A DNA stretch of 58,000 nucleotides, counting the filler, from Circinaria calcarea (Eukaryota), in NCBI GenBank assembly GCA_051942165.1. It is 7 parts of 7 records of this genome, joined end to end, with 100 filler letters (N's around TTAATTAATTAA, not from the genome) between each part and the next. Parts side by side here need not be neighbours in the genome. Positions count along the whole stretch, not along the records: positions 24,952 to 33,148 come from JAVECS010001156.1; positions 33,249 to 41,435 come from JAVECS010001157.1; 5 more parts are not named here. One strand, written 5' to 3'. This document shows positions 24,971 through 37,205 of this stretch, piece after piece. The stretch's first letter is position 1. The number at the start of each line of letters is the position of its first letter. A program made the position numbers and the translations under genes. Under the pieces are notes generated by a model. The model saw only the letters and a list, made by a program, of their open reading frames with translations. It was not told where the DNA came from and searched no databases.

Positions 24971-25087
24971 TCAGCATAGGGGGGACATCAGCATAAGGGG
25001 ACATCAACATAGAGAGGATATTAGTATAGGCGGAATATCAGCATAGAGGGGATATTGATATAGGGGGGACATCAGCATAGAGGACAT
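24971..25087. repeat. Degenerate minisatellite, about 7 copies of a roughly 17-bp unit TCAGCATAGGGGGGACA
   Basis: Units read directly; most variants are C>T or G>A transitions. Confidence 0.75.
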
Positions 25088-25731
25088 TCAGAAACCGTAT
25101 AGCTAGCCAGCCAGCTAGCCAGGCGCGAAGGGAAAGGGATATTGGGGAGAGAGAGAAAGAGAGAGGAAAAAAGAAAAGCCTTTAGCTCTCTATATACTTG
25201 ATCCGGAAAAAAAAAATTCGAAAAAAAAAATCGTCACGATTTGCCCAGAAAGATAAGATTTAAAAGCCCATCCAATAAACACACTTATATAAAGGAGGAG
25301 GGATATCATCACAAAAGGTAAAAAAAAGAGAGGGTATATGTAAGACTTTTTTCATATACAATACACACACAGTGAGGGAAAAACGGTGGGTATACGAAAG
25401 TTTTCAAGGATAGTATGTTTCGATGATTCTAACTGACTATTCTACTCCACAAATTCATGACTATGTACCATCCCATCCATTCATGCCTTCATATCCATTT
25501 CATACTTCATTCGAATTTTCCAGAAACTGTGCCTTAAGGAGAGACGAGAGAATTCAATAAATTTCCAAAAAAAATCTCCGAGTTTGACAATCTTTATCCT
25601 CTTTGTACCAGATCACACCTACCACTCCTCTCCTCTCTCCGTCAATTTTTTTCTTATTCAACCCTAGTCGATGCACACATAAACACTCCCTAGGCTAACA
25701 CCCCCAAAAGCCTAGGACAGACTCGACAATT

Positions 25732-26665
25732 CTAATCATCCTTGGTCTTGGTGCATTTGTCGTCCTTCTCGGTGACCGTCACAGTCACCGTAGCATACGG
25801 TGGGCAAGACGTAATGGTCTGCTGGTTGGAGGTTATGATGGATTTGCTGGAGGTGGAGGTAGAAGTGGGCTTGCTGGTGGTGGAGGTGGAAGAAGGCTTA
25901 TTGGAGGTGGATTGGCTGGAGCTGCTGCTGGATTTGCTGGAGGTGGAGGTAGACTTGCTGGAAGTGGATTCGCTAGAGCTACTGCTGGATTTACTTGAGG
26001 TGGAGGTGGAGGTAGGCTTGCTGGAGGTGGATTCGCTGGAGCTGCTGCTGGATTTGCTGGAGGTGGAGGTGGAGGTAGGTTTGTTGGAAGTCGACTGGCT
26101 GGAGCTAGACTTGGTGGAACTCGCAGTGGATTTGCTGGAGGTGGAAGAATATGTGTTTGTCTGGCTCATGGTTGAGGAGGTGCTGCTACCATCGTTGTTT
26201 TTGCACCGAGCATTTCCAAGCACTGCGATGCAGATGCCAATTGGGACATTGACGGTACCACTGCCTGAGGATGGTCGAGCACTGCATTCAGCAGTACCGA
26301 AAATAGCAGCGCAGACGCTGATGGGAACACTGATCAATGCATTCGGCTTGGGGTCTGCTTTGGACCCTGGGGCTGGTGCAGACGATTCAGAGCACTTGGC
26401 GAGACCGATCGCGGCGATACATGCGTCAACGGGGATGGAAACGAGACCGTCGGCATTGGGAGTTTGCTGGCCGCAAGCTACTTGACCGATCACAGCAGCG
26501 CAGACATTAATGGGGACGTAAATAAGAGGAGCGCGAGAAACCAGAGCCTATGGAATCATGAGCTGTTGGATATCAACATGTTTAATGGGAACAATATACC
26601 GCTGCGGAAGCTGTTTGGAGGCTACCAATGAGCGCCAGGAGCACCGAAGTTGCGACGGACTTCAT
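25732..26665 (-). CDS. Secreted 293-aa protein with four hydrophobic two-Cys repeats and a Ser/Thr-rich stalk; exons 26665-26600 and 26547-25732
   Basis: Signal MKSVATSVLLALIGSLQTASAA and a phase-0 intron. Repeats LIYVPINVCAAVIGQVAC, LVSIPVDACIAAIGLAKC, LISVPISVCAAIFGTAEC and TVNVPIGICIAVLGNARC, then roughly 20-aa S/T/K repeats and a CPPYATVTVTV...KC tail. Confidence 0.88.
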
Positions 26666-29600
26666 TTTGGAATAGTACTAATTGAGTTGTTGTAGGTCAA
26701 AAGGGAAAACCTCAATATTATAAAGTCTTCGACTTCGATGCAGAAGAGCCTTGACTGAGTAGTTGAAGGTGATTCCGAGTGATGTGCGATGAAGACGAGA
26801 TTGAGAAGGGCCCCATAGACCCTTATAAAGAAAACTGTCCACAGCCTAAACCCGATCACGATAAAGCTTCTGGGGTTGCCCATACCTCTAATGGGTCTGG
26901 ATCAGGACTATTGACTCTCCTGCCTCTCCAACCAGCATCATCACTACCCAAGCCGATTTCTAGACAAGCTAATAATCCTTGATTTTCGTTGACTGCCTCC
27001 TATCATGCTAGCTTTGACTCCTTCAGGGGGTGAACTTTAATGGAAGGGCAAGCGGTTCGATAGCTATCCAAGCCATAAACGTATATGGCTGCCAACACTA
27101 GAAAACAAGAAAAGACAAGAGTCCAGCACAGGAGTTAAGAATAACCACCCACATCGACACCATCAAGGCTTGAAGTTTTAGGTACTACATACCTACCTTG
27201 GCTCCTCAATACGTCTTGCATGAGGTCAGTAGCGTCAGAGAAAAATGCCGTGCATTCAAACAGAACCTGTTTCGCGCATCAATGGGCAGGATGGTGGTAG
27301 TAAGTTAGGGATTGTGTCATCGGCTATGATGACGTGTGATTAGGGCTGCGATCAACAATACGTCCAGACTTAATACCGGCATAATTCAATAGTACCCCGG
27401 AAACTACCACCTCTCCACACCTCGGCTTCGGGAATAATATATTGACGAGAACATGTTTTGTTTTTTCTGCCTAGTGTTCCAGACTTTTTAAAGTATCTAA
27501 CTCCCCCGACAATTGTTCTTGCATCGTGTTGAAGGATAAGTCCAGTCCGAGTAAAAACATGGTAATGCGGACAGCTGTACATTAACTGGAATCAGGATCT
27601 TACACGTGATGGAAACAAAGAGACTTCTACCCACGAACAAGTTTGGTGCTAAGCCAATAAGACCAAGTGAACAGGAGCTTCACTGAATAATGAACCCTGC
27701 TCTACCAAAAGTGGACGCAACCACCAAGCTCTTATTGTCATGTCAATCGACTACTGATAGGTAACCGTCATTTTTGTTCCTGGCGATCCAGCAGATCCCT
27801 GGATTCCAAGGATTCGAGAAGGCCTGTATATGGCTGGTACCGTACTAGAGGATTGGGTCTAGGCATTCCCTCATGCTGGGTCTTCTGGCCTTACCCTGCT
27901 CTTTACTTTATCAATCTTTTGAAATCGCCATACCACCATTAAGCCTAGACATGTTAATAATGATAATCCTATATGGCCATCTCCATTATATTCGTACTTT
28001 CCAGCTATCTGTACACTGGTGTACTGCGGAATTTTCAGCGGCGAACGTGCGTAGGTAGATATTTAGAAAGCTGAAAGCAAGTCGGAGTTTTCTTGGTATG
28101 GCAAGGACAGCCGAAGCCACGTTGTGATAGCCCGCAGCAGAGAGCCTCATTGCCGTGCGGTTTAGCCCACTATATGCTATGACTTTGCGGTCCCCTGTTA
28201 CGGCATTGCATCGCCCGTCCTGTGCAGCTAGGTTATTACTGCTCGGTAAAGCTTATATTAGAATAGTATGAGCTGGTGGTTCCGTGGCGCTGGAATATTA
28301 ATTAGTCCCAGCACGAGGCTACGGCATGGTCCCTGTTGATATTACGTTTGGTAACGGCGTACTTCGATATGCCAAATCGGTCACCGAAAGCTTGAACGTT
28401 GTGTTGGCACTAGGCCGAATCAGGGCTTAATCGACTACTCGATCTCTCTTGCATCCGCCATAACTGCACATCTCCCGTAACACTAGCCAAGTCATCAGAA
28501 CGTGGCTTTTAAATTACTCCACACGGAGATGTATCCGCTGTAGCTGACTCAGCGGTCAGAGGCGGTTCGAGGTAAAGTGTATGAAACTGGGCTATTTCTA
28601 GTCGAAGCAGGACTACCCCGTTATGTGGATCTTGGCTAATGGTGCTCCCAAAGTGGCTGACGGCGTATGGCGCCATCTTTAATCGTCCTTGGAAAACAAG
28701 GCTGAAGAGACGATCCATGCGAGATGCGATGATTGAAATGCAGTTCATGTCGCCCGGCAGGACTAGGGCACAATAACACATGGCTGTTCCTCACTCTGAG
28801 GTCCGCTGGCCTTCCAGGTGCAACCATCTCAGATTGAAAGAGACTCGGGCAATAAATAGAGATTGGTATTTGCGTACCTCTGCGTATGTGATCATGGCTA
28901 TCGAGTAAGAAAACTACCGACTAACGGCCATGGTGTCGCGCTTCGAAGGGCTGTCGTTGGAGGAAACCTTAGTGAATTCGCTAGAGGGGTCCTATTTCCC
29001 CGCAGAAACCTTGTTTCCAAGCTAAGTGAAGCCAATCCACTTCTGGGGGCGCTATCAGACGCGCGCTGATAGTTCCACACCAAAAGCGGAGTAGTGGGCC
29101 TGTTAAGTCCAATTTTGGCCAAAGGTCTAGATCGATACGTCAGACACGACTGCAGGACAAGTCCCGGGCATCCCTAGCAACGTTACCAATGGTCGAGGGA
29201 GTGAGGCATTGTAGTTCGAACCCACTTCATAGTCCAACGGAAATACAACTACCGAGTCCTTCCCAAACCATCAAGCTGACGCGTCTTGTTATGGTAGCAG
29301 CATTCCATGGTACCGACCTTTCGCATGCACGGAGTACCTCGACGCTAAGTTTGCTTGGACCTGTTCGATCTAGATTTGAATCGCATGAACGTCATCTCAC
29401 CATCTTCCCACTACTGCTGTTAATTGCGGGTACAGTGCGTGGTCATCGTATATGTCCCGAAACCGAGTCTGTGGGACCTTCCCGGCATATCTAAATCCCC
29501 GCTATCACACGCGTTCTGTTCGCAGAAAGATTATTTCGGGAATCCACTCCGATTCCTGGATTACAACTTCAACTCGCAAACCCTCCCCACACCCCCCAGC

Positions 29601-31199
29601 TCTCCTCCACAATAGCAGGCTCAGCCCTTTAATTTTGATCCGTCATACCTTTTCAAGCTGCCGATCGCCAATATATTCTTGCAGGGAGTATCTTCCGATT
29701 CAATATTTCTTTCCACTGGATGGAAGAGGCCCTAGCTGTTCCCATGCTCTCTTTCGCTAATCTTGTCCCTATGGTGCTTCGCGTGGCATGAGCCTCCTTG
29801 CTTATGTGTGTGGGTAGGTAGGGAATAGGTTCGCTCTGTCATTCTTGCTGCTTCTCGCGCGTTTCTTGTACACTTGCTTCGTTTCACGTTGTACCGGATG
29901 CCATATATGGGAACCGGCTACTAAACCATCAATGCAGTTTTGCTGATTTGTGCCGGCCTCGCCAGACAGCTATCACTTAATAATGGTGAATGGACACTGC
30001 ACCAGATTAGTCCCCCAACTGATACCAAACGTCTGACGACTTCAAGGACGTACCTGCCAACATGGCATTGCCCGGTTCTTAAGGTAATCAAGTTTAATCT
30101 TACGCCACTGGTTCTACCAGCACCATACTATCTGCAAATCCTAATTTATTCCCCCTCCTTCCAGGTAAGCCCCCAATATGCGTATTTACATTTCGCTTAT
30201 TATTAGAAAAAGACATGCAGGTATCGAAGCCTGTCACCCACTCAAACAACTAGCTAGAAGGGCGCCCTTATTGTTTCGGTTTATGAATAAGTCGTTGTGC
30301 TTATTGTCTAGTCAACTATCCAGGCGTACACATCATTACCATTGCTCATGGCGATCCCCAGATGGCGATGGTCCGTACCAAGGCAATCAGCCTTAAGAAA
30401 GAATCCCAGAAGTAATTTGCAAAATTTGCAATGTTGGAGTCGAAGCTGGTTTTGGGGGCTGTCCACCGGGGTGAGAAGGTCGCTGGGTAATCGGCAGTAA
30501 CGTGGACATCATACCTGGATTTCCGCAGTCATGGCATCGCTGGTATCAAGAAACTGGATTTGCTGCCGTAGAGCGTCTAGAGAAAGCAGGAATATGAAAC
30601 GGAGATACTCGTGGTAATTACTTTGGCGTTTCATCGGAAGCTGACTCAAGAAGTGTATTTTTCCAGCCGTACCAGGTCTATTCGCTATTGTTTGACAGCT
30701 GAGCACAGCACGATGACGGCTAAGTTTTTAGCCGTGTTGGGAAGTATTACTCTATCTACGCGAATAGAGCACACCATCAGTGCAGCTGATCTTGCTATCA
30801 GGAGTAAACAACCATCGGTTATATGGCGTTAAGGCCCCTAAAGGTTAAAGGGGAGGGGAGATATCTGGTGGCGTAGGGGCACCTAACGGGGAATCGAGAG
30901 GCTATAGGCAATATCTAAGTAGAGGTTCACGTTTGGACGCAGTGTCGGATATGGGGATAACGAAACAATGCTGAGTTCACACAGAATATTAACTAGCGGG
31001 AAAAGATATATTCATAATACCCACCTGCTACATGGATTATCAGCGTGCAACGAGAAATCCGTTGATATTATTGGCCCCATTCTCCGTACGACCATTCGAT
31101 ACGCAGCTATCAAGAATCTATAACATAGCTCGCTCCTTAAGCCCTCAGTACATTAATTTACTTTATCGCCGTTAACGGTTTAAGCCTCCTTCAGCGAAA

Positions 31200-32680
31200 G
31201 CCAGCCGTCGGGGGTGATCCACGCCGTGTTGAGAACGATATCTTTATAGAGAGGGCAATATACGGGCAAAACATAACTTGGACATCAATCTATACACTCG
31301 TTATATCGCGCATGATTGGATCGGGCATATTTGCAACTCCTGGCGTTGTTGTGCAGTCTGCCGGCAGTATTGGTCTGTCCATGTGTATTTGGGTGCTGGG
31401 TGCTGTCGTTACTGCCTGTGGGGTCGTCGTAAGTCTCGAGTACGGCTGCATGCTACCCCGGAGTGGCGGCGAGAAGATATATCTGGAATATACTTACCGA
31501 AATCCACGCCTCCTCGCCTCAACGATTTTTGCTACCAAGACTGTACTTCAAGTATCCACCACTAGTTCTTATATCGTGTATGGCGAATATTTTGTCTTGG
31601 GTTTATCTGTATAGCCTACCGTTTTTGTTCGAAAGTTATCTGCTATAACAATGCTTTTGGCTGTTGGTACCCTATATAGCTTTTTCCTTAGATCCGGTGT
31701 TTCCGTACAGAATATTTTGGGATGGATGAAGATTATTATAACGCTCGCCAAGGTTTTTACTGCCATCGTCGTTATTACCACTGGCATAGGTTATCAAGAC
31801 GATGGGACGCCGCAGGCACTAAAGACCGACAAACGGCATAAATGGGACATTATCTGGGAAGGCTCCAACTGGGGCTGGGGATTAATGTCACTAGCCTTCT
31901 TTAAGGTGAATTATGCATACTCAGGCATCGAAAATACGAATAATGTTGTTGACGAAGTCAGAGATCCAGCTGGGATGTTGAAACGAGTCATTCTTTTGTC
32001 CCTGTTCACGGTGTGTTTATTGTAGATGTTAGTAAATATTGCCTTCTTCCTTATTATCCTGCTCGACGAATTAAAACGGAGTGAAGAAATGGCGGCAGTA
32101 CTCTTCTTCCGGCGGGTTTTGGTGAGAACGTTGGAGGCCATGTGCTGCCACTCTTTATATCTGTTTCCGTTGCTGGGAGTGTCATGGTTTCCCTTTTCAG
32201 TTTGGTAAGTCTCTTCATTCCACCCTCAACCGCATTTGCATGATTTGATTATAGCAATCACTGATTTCCGACCTTTCACAATCACGTCTTAATCAAGAAA
32301 TTGCCCGTTAAGGTTTCCTTCCGCCTCTACTTGCTTCTTCACGCCCCTGGAACGCACCTTTTGGAGGAGTTTTGGTGAATTTTGTTCCTACTGCACTCGT
32401 CATATTCTGCCTTCCTTCTACAGATATTTTCTCGTTCCTACTGGCCATTGAGGGATATTCCTCGCAACTTTTTGCAATTGCCCTCGCATGTGGGCTGCTA
32501 TGGCTCCGGCGCCATCGTCCAGAGCTTCGCCGCCCATTTAAGGCTTGGAACCCGTCGTTGTCTTACGCTTACTCATGTGCATGGCACTTATTGCCGCGCC
32601 ATTTATACCAGCAACAAAAAAGAGCAAAGAATACCTGGGTTTGTGGCACGGGACGTATGCCTTGATTGGTATAGCCATGG
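31200..32680 (+). pseudogene. APC-family amino-acid (MUP1-like methionine) permease pseudogene
   Basis: MIGSGIFATPG...LEYGCMLPRSGGEKIYLE...YAYSG...SRLNQEIAR*GFLP...RRPFKAW, with stops at 31612, 32023 and 32309 plus frameshifts. Confidence 0.88.
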
Positions 32681-32698
32681 ATGTACCCGTTTCCCTGA

Positions 32699-33108
32699 CA
32701 GTGTTCTCAATACCCCACCCCACCCCAGGCCTCTGGAGTGGGGGGGGTGCACCCGGGGTACCCCGGATACCCCGGGGTGCGTCACGTGCTTTATTAGGGC
32801 CATATCACGTGCTATATAGGGCTGCTATATTACGGATCTCGGATGAATAGATACCGGTAAGGCTGAATAGTGGCAAATCTATAAGCGAGCTCGGTTCCGA
32901 ATCGGCCTCTTCGGGCCGCTTCACCTCCGATTAGAGCCTTATCGGAGTATACTAATCCGGGTTCCGTGATTAAGAAATCTTTTAAGCGAGCTAAGCGAGG
33001 CAATCAGCTTTTAGGGTACCCCGAGGGTACTTATTTCGACCCTCTGGGGTGGGGGGGGTACCCTATTTCTAAGCCCGGGGTAAGTGGGGTGGGGTATTGA
33101 GAACACTG
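32699..33108. mobile_element. Non-autonomous hAT-type element (MITE), 410 bp, 24-bp perfect TIRs, 8-bp TSD
   Basis: TIR CAGTGTTCTCAATACCCCACCCCA at 32699-32722 with its reverse complement at 33085-33108; TTCCCTGA at 32691-32698 and 33109-33116. Confidence 0.95.
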
Positions 33109-33148
33109 TTCCCTGATTTACACCCTTGACTATATCTCTCTATTTTGT

Positions 33149-33248
33149 NNNNNNNNNNNNNNNNNNNNNNNNNNNNNNNNNNNNNNNNNNNNTTAATTAA
33201 TTAANNNNNNNNNNNNNNNNNNNNNNNNNNNNNNNNNNNNNNNNNNNN
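33149..33248. other. Artificial contig spacer
   Basis: N44-TTAATTAATTAA-N44. Confidence 0.98.
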
Positions 33249-33358
33249 ATCTTTGCAACCGTTTATTCACTCCATGACTAGACAGCTTAAGGCAGGCCAC
33301 CCGCCTACTCCCTATTCAATGCCGGCTACACAGCAAAGAGTGCTTAAAAAACGCAAGA

Positions 33359-34287
33359 TTATCGAAGACGAAGGGAATACACAGCCTTAGGTCGATTATT
33401 GGAAATGCTAAGTAGCATAGAAAGCAGTAGCCTCATCTGCCGGAGCAACTCCTTTGTTTTTATATGCACGAAGATAGGTTGTGAAGAAAGATCAAGCCAG
33501 TACTTCTCATCAGTACGTAAGATAGGAAACCACCATTGTCTGTCCCGAGCCATGATATTCCCACGTTCTTGTTCGTTTACCACTCTCAAACAGAGAAACT
33601 GAACGTTTCTTATAAAGTTAAGATGAGCATCAGAAGGAAATTCCTAAAAATCGTTAATCAATCCTAGCTATGTGAATCTCGTACGGAGTATCCTACCATA
33701 AGCTCCGAATGAAAGAGGAGCTGTTCCCTGCGGAATGGGGATTGAGTCGTCTGGTGGGAAGCTAGCCTGAAACTGCCTCGAAGGTTAAGATCTTGCGAAG
33801 GTGTTCCCAAAGTTCCGTCCACAGTTTCCCATGGGTTGTAGTAGCATACGAAGTGGTAAAGCCCTTCGTTGGTGAGAATGCTCAGTGTCTTCTTCCTTAA
33901 TCCATTGACATGGTTGGTCTGACAGCTAACCCAGAAGCCATCATCTTGATACATAGGTGACCATTTGATTCCGTCATCCCAATGTTCAATGCCGGAAGCA
34001 CTGTGCTCGTAAATGAAAATGTTGCCACTTCGAGCAAGATGAGACAATTCATCAGGACGAGGTCCTCGAGGTAAAACTTGCAACAGTCCAGACAAGCAGG
34101 CTTCGAGGAGCACATGTGCATCTTCATTTGTCGGCACATAACCAATATATATAGGCTCCAGACTTGGTATGAGGCCAGCTCTTTCTGCGGAACATATGCG
34201 AATAGGAGATGTTGTGCTTTGCGGTGTTTTTGTAGGGATACTATCGTCTGAGTCATCGCAATCGACAAAATGAGCACATTCTACCAT
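33359..34287 (-). CDS. Divergent Gti1/Pac2 (WOPR) domain protein; exons 34287-33697 and 33643-33359; possible upstream exon 34489-34355
   Basis: LEPIYIGYVPTNEDAHVLLEACLSGLL..PRGP..ELSHLARSGNIFIYE..SGIEHWDDGIKWSP (WOPRa) and GLRKKTLSI...YHFVCYY...GTLGTPSQD (WOPRb). A 53-nt phase-0 intron leads to a 94-aa C-terminal exon. Confidence 0.8.
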
Positions 34288-35352
34288 GTTGGAAACTGGT
34301 ATGTTCTTATAGAGGTTATTACCCGAGGACTGGCATTAAGAACTGGTTGCATACCTCAGATATGCGGCCGTCTAGAGGCTGTGCAGGCGTTGAACCCCTG
34401 AGGTGGCTAAGTCTTGCTGTAGCTTCGTCGAGCAAGGTGGGTATAGAAGGCGGTAAGGTACGAGACGTGTTACAAAAGAGATGAACCATTTTTGGAGAGT
34501 CGGCTTCCAGGAGACAGGCGTACAGGAGAGGAAGAAGGCAACAAGATACCTGCAGGAAATTAAAGTAAGGCGCGAATTGCGGGCAGAGAAGGCAACGATT
34601 CCTATTAAGCATGCATACAGAGAAATCGGCGGCCATATATAGGCCAACGACACGTCTAGCTCGACAATTACAGTTGGCAATCCACGCAGTGTTGAGATGA
34701 CCCTAGTCGAAGCCATACCTAAGTACATCATTCTGCTAGGGTTTTCGAACTTGCTTTTCCGGTGTCTCAGGCACAAATCAGGACAGGAGCAGCCCAGAAT
34801 GAGTTCCCGGCCGGGGAGGAACGAAGGTGATCCCGCGACTTTTAGTCTACCACGGCGCCTTCTTTACAAGGGGATTTGCAGATCTCACGACTTTTAGTTC
34901 GAGAAGTACCTGGCATTGGTAGTTCGCTTAATTCAGCTCATTAGCATTCATCTTTCCACCAATCATAGATTCTTGTTGTCCGTTGCCTAAGTCATGCTGC
35001 ATCATGAGAGCTACCACATTCGATTGCAGAGCTTGTTCCGCAATATTGATGTTTTCTTACTAGCTCAGTTACCGGTTGTGCTGCTTCAGCTTAAGTCGAG
35101 AGTGGAGTCCCTGTAGGCATACCTTAGGTGGTCTAGGCACGTTATATTATAGTTATTGGTTTATTCACTGATCTCCTTCGATATACATACTGACTGGGTG
35201 CTTTCTGTTCATTCATGAAAGGTTCCCACTAATAAGAACCTCATGTTTATCGTTTTCCCATCGTAAGTATTTACCAACTCACCTCCAATTCTACCAATTG
35301 GCCCGCACGAAGCCGCCATATTTCCCATATACCTGAACAAAGGTCTCGAACT

Positions 35353-36765
35353 CTAATTCTCTACTTCCGCATGCTTAATAAACTCTTCTACGGCTTTCGC
35401 TACTAAGTCATTGACCTCCTCGACAGTTCCATCACAGTTTATCTGCGATATAGTCAGGAAATGTTCTATCCTGGTCCACTATATACATACCTCCTTAAGA
35501 AAACCCTCTGCTCTTAAGTGATTCTCGACATCGGCAGGCGTACCTTGGAAGTCTCGAAATTTCTTCGCAATATCTAGCTCGTCTTCTGCTTCACTTGAAG
35601 ATTGGCCTAGCCTGACTACACGCCGGAGTATTTCCTCCGCTGAGCACTTCAGAAGCAATGTATAGTTATTTTTTTGTATCTGTAGATGTGAGCAGGTTTC
35701 TGTTTACATAGGTTATACTAACCTTCTCTTCAAACTCATGAAGTTCTTGAATGCTCTCTGGAAACCCATGCACAATGCTCCACTTCTTTCCCGCCTCGAT
35801 TCCTTCATTAATCTTCCTCTCAAGTAAGCTTATCGCCAATTCCTTTGGAACTTTGACCTTTTCCGTAAGGCAACCTTTTAGGAATTTTGCATGGAGGTAT
35901 GTTTGATCATTAGACTTTTCACGTAAAACGTCCTCCAAGGTTATGTGCTGAAAATCAAAGGTCTGGGATAGGAGAGCGCACTGCGTCTTCTTGCCGACTC
36001 CAAAGGCGCCTATGCCGATGTCAGTACCTGAGGCTGGTGAGACTAATGAGATGTACCAATGACAAAGATGACAGGAGTTCGCGATTTCCGCTTTGAGAAG
36101 TGGGCATCTCTCTCCTCTTGCAACAACGCCAGCCATTCTTTTCCTTTGGAAGACGTAATTTTGGATGAAAGTCCCTGAAACTCTTCGAGGTCCTTCTCCC
36201 CGTATGTCCTCTGCTCGTATTCGTGTGCTTGTACCATGCATTCAAACTTGTCCATATCTCGTATCCATTGAGCTTCCGCTGTTTTGCCCTGTTCGTACTC
36301 TAACCAAGCGTCCCTAAGCTCTTTCCCTAGGTTTGGTTTGGCAGGGTCTAACAAGCTCCGAATATATCGGAACCCTGAATCTTCGAGTTTGTGCTTGTGC
36401 TCTACCATTCATTAGTCTTTATTGGGCAACGTAAGGGCTAGAATACTTACCTTTTGGAACTTCAGCATAGGTCGGAATGTCTCCGACAACTGATTCTGCC
36501 ATGTCGTGGCACAATGCAAGGAATATACACCTTTCCTTGTTTATATTATCCTTCCTAGAGGTTAACGAGTGTAAGTTTAATAATAATAAAAAGGACATAC
36601 TGGAGCGAACATAGCCAGAACTGCCAATCGATAGCTATGATCGGCCACACTTTCAGGATTGTTGATTGTTCTCAACCACCCAGTTCGTGGCGTAGTCTTG
36701 AGGTTCTGCATCAAATGTAGAAAGGGGAGTGGTGATCCATCTAATTGGGAGTGACGAGCGTTCAT
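35353..36765 (-). CDS. HD-domain 5'-deoxynucleotidase (HDDC2/YfbR-like) fused to an adenylate/UMP-CMP-kinase-like domain, about 391 aa; exons 36765-36601, 36550-36451, 36401-36057, 36009-35723, 35679-35491, 35442-35353
   Basis: LKTTPRTGW, ESVADHSYRL, ALCHDMAESVVGDI, WLEYE and RDMDKFEC, followed in the same exon by VIFVI, then GAFGVGKKTQC, HITLEDVLR, VHGFPES and INCDGTVEEV. Intron 1 needs the AAG acceptor at 36551 to stay in frame. Confidence 0.85.
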
Positions 36766-37205
36766 GATGTCTAAGAATGGTTACTTTCACGATCGTTTAG
36801 AGGTCGGTACTGAAGTTTCTATGTATTGTCAGCATGACCCGTATGAAACTCCTTTCTGTTTTCGAATAGGGAAGTTCAACACTCTTTTCGTAACGAAGCG
36901 GAAGAAAAACTTCTAACGGTAGCGTAAGCTTTGGATGACTAAGCATTGGCACAGAAGCGTTAGTCCGAATCTAGGCAAACAACCGGTCGCTTCACTACCA
37001 CGCTGTATTGGCGTGAGATGTGCATGTTCACGCTCCACATTCAAGATGTGCCTTATCCGCTATTTTATTGATATGCGATCTACAGAACCTTCAAACTAAG
37101 ATGAATAATTCTGTCCTTGCAGAATCTAGAGCAGTAATCTTGGTTCCCACCAACGCACAGCCCGTTTATATTCCCTATTCGTCGAAGACGTCCAATTGTT
37201 TAATA

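Noticed and set aside
25742..26485. 247-aa plus-strand L/E/V-rich ORF
   Set aside because: Antisense shadow of the Ser/Thr-rich secreted gene, which has the signal peptide and intron
29200..29235. GTTCGAACCC resembling a tRNA T-loop
   Set aside because: No cloverleaf stems or A-box around it
27000..31100. Many short ORFs in a 4-kb gene-poor stretch
   Set aside because: No recognisable domain, consistent splice pattern or repeat structure; may hide old relics but I cannot support a call
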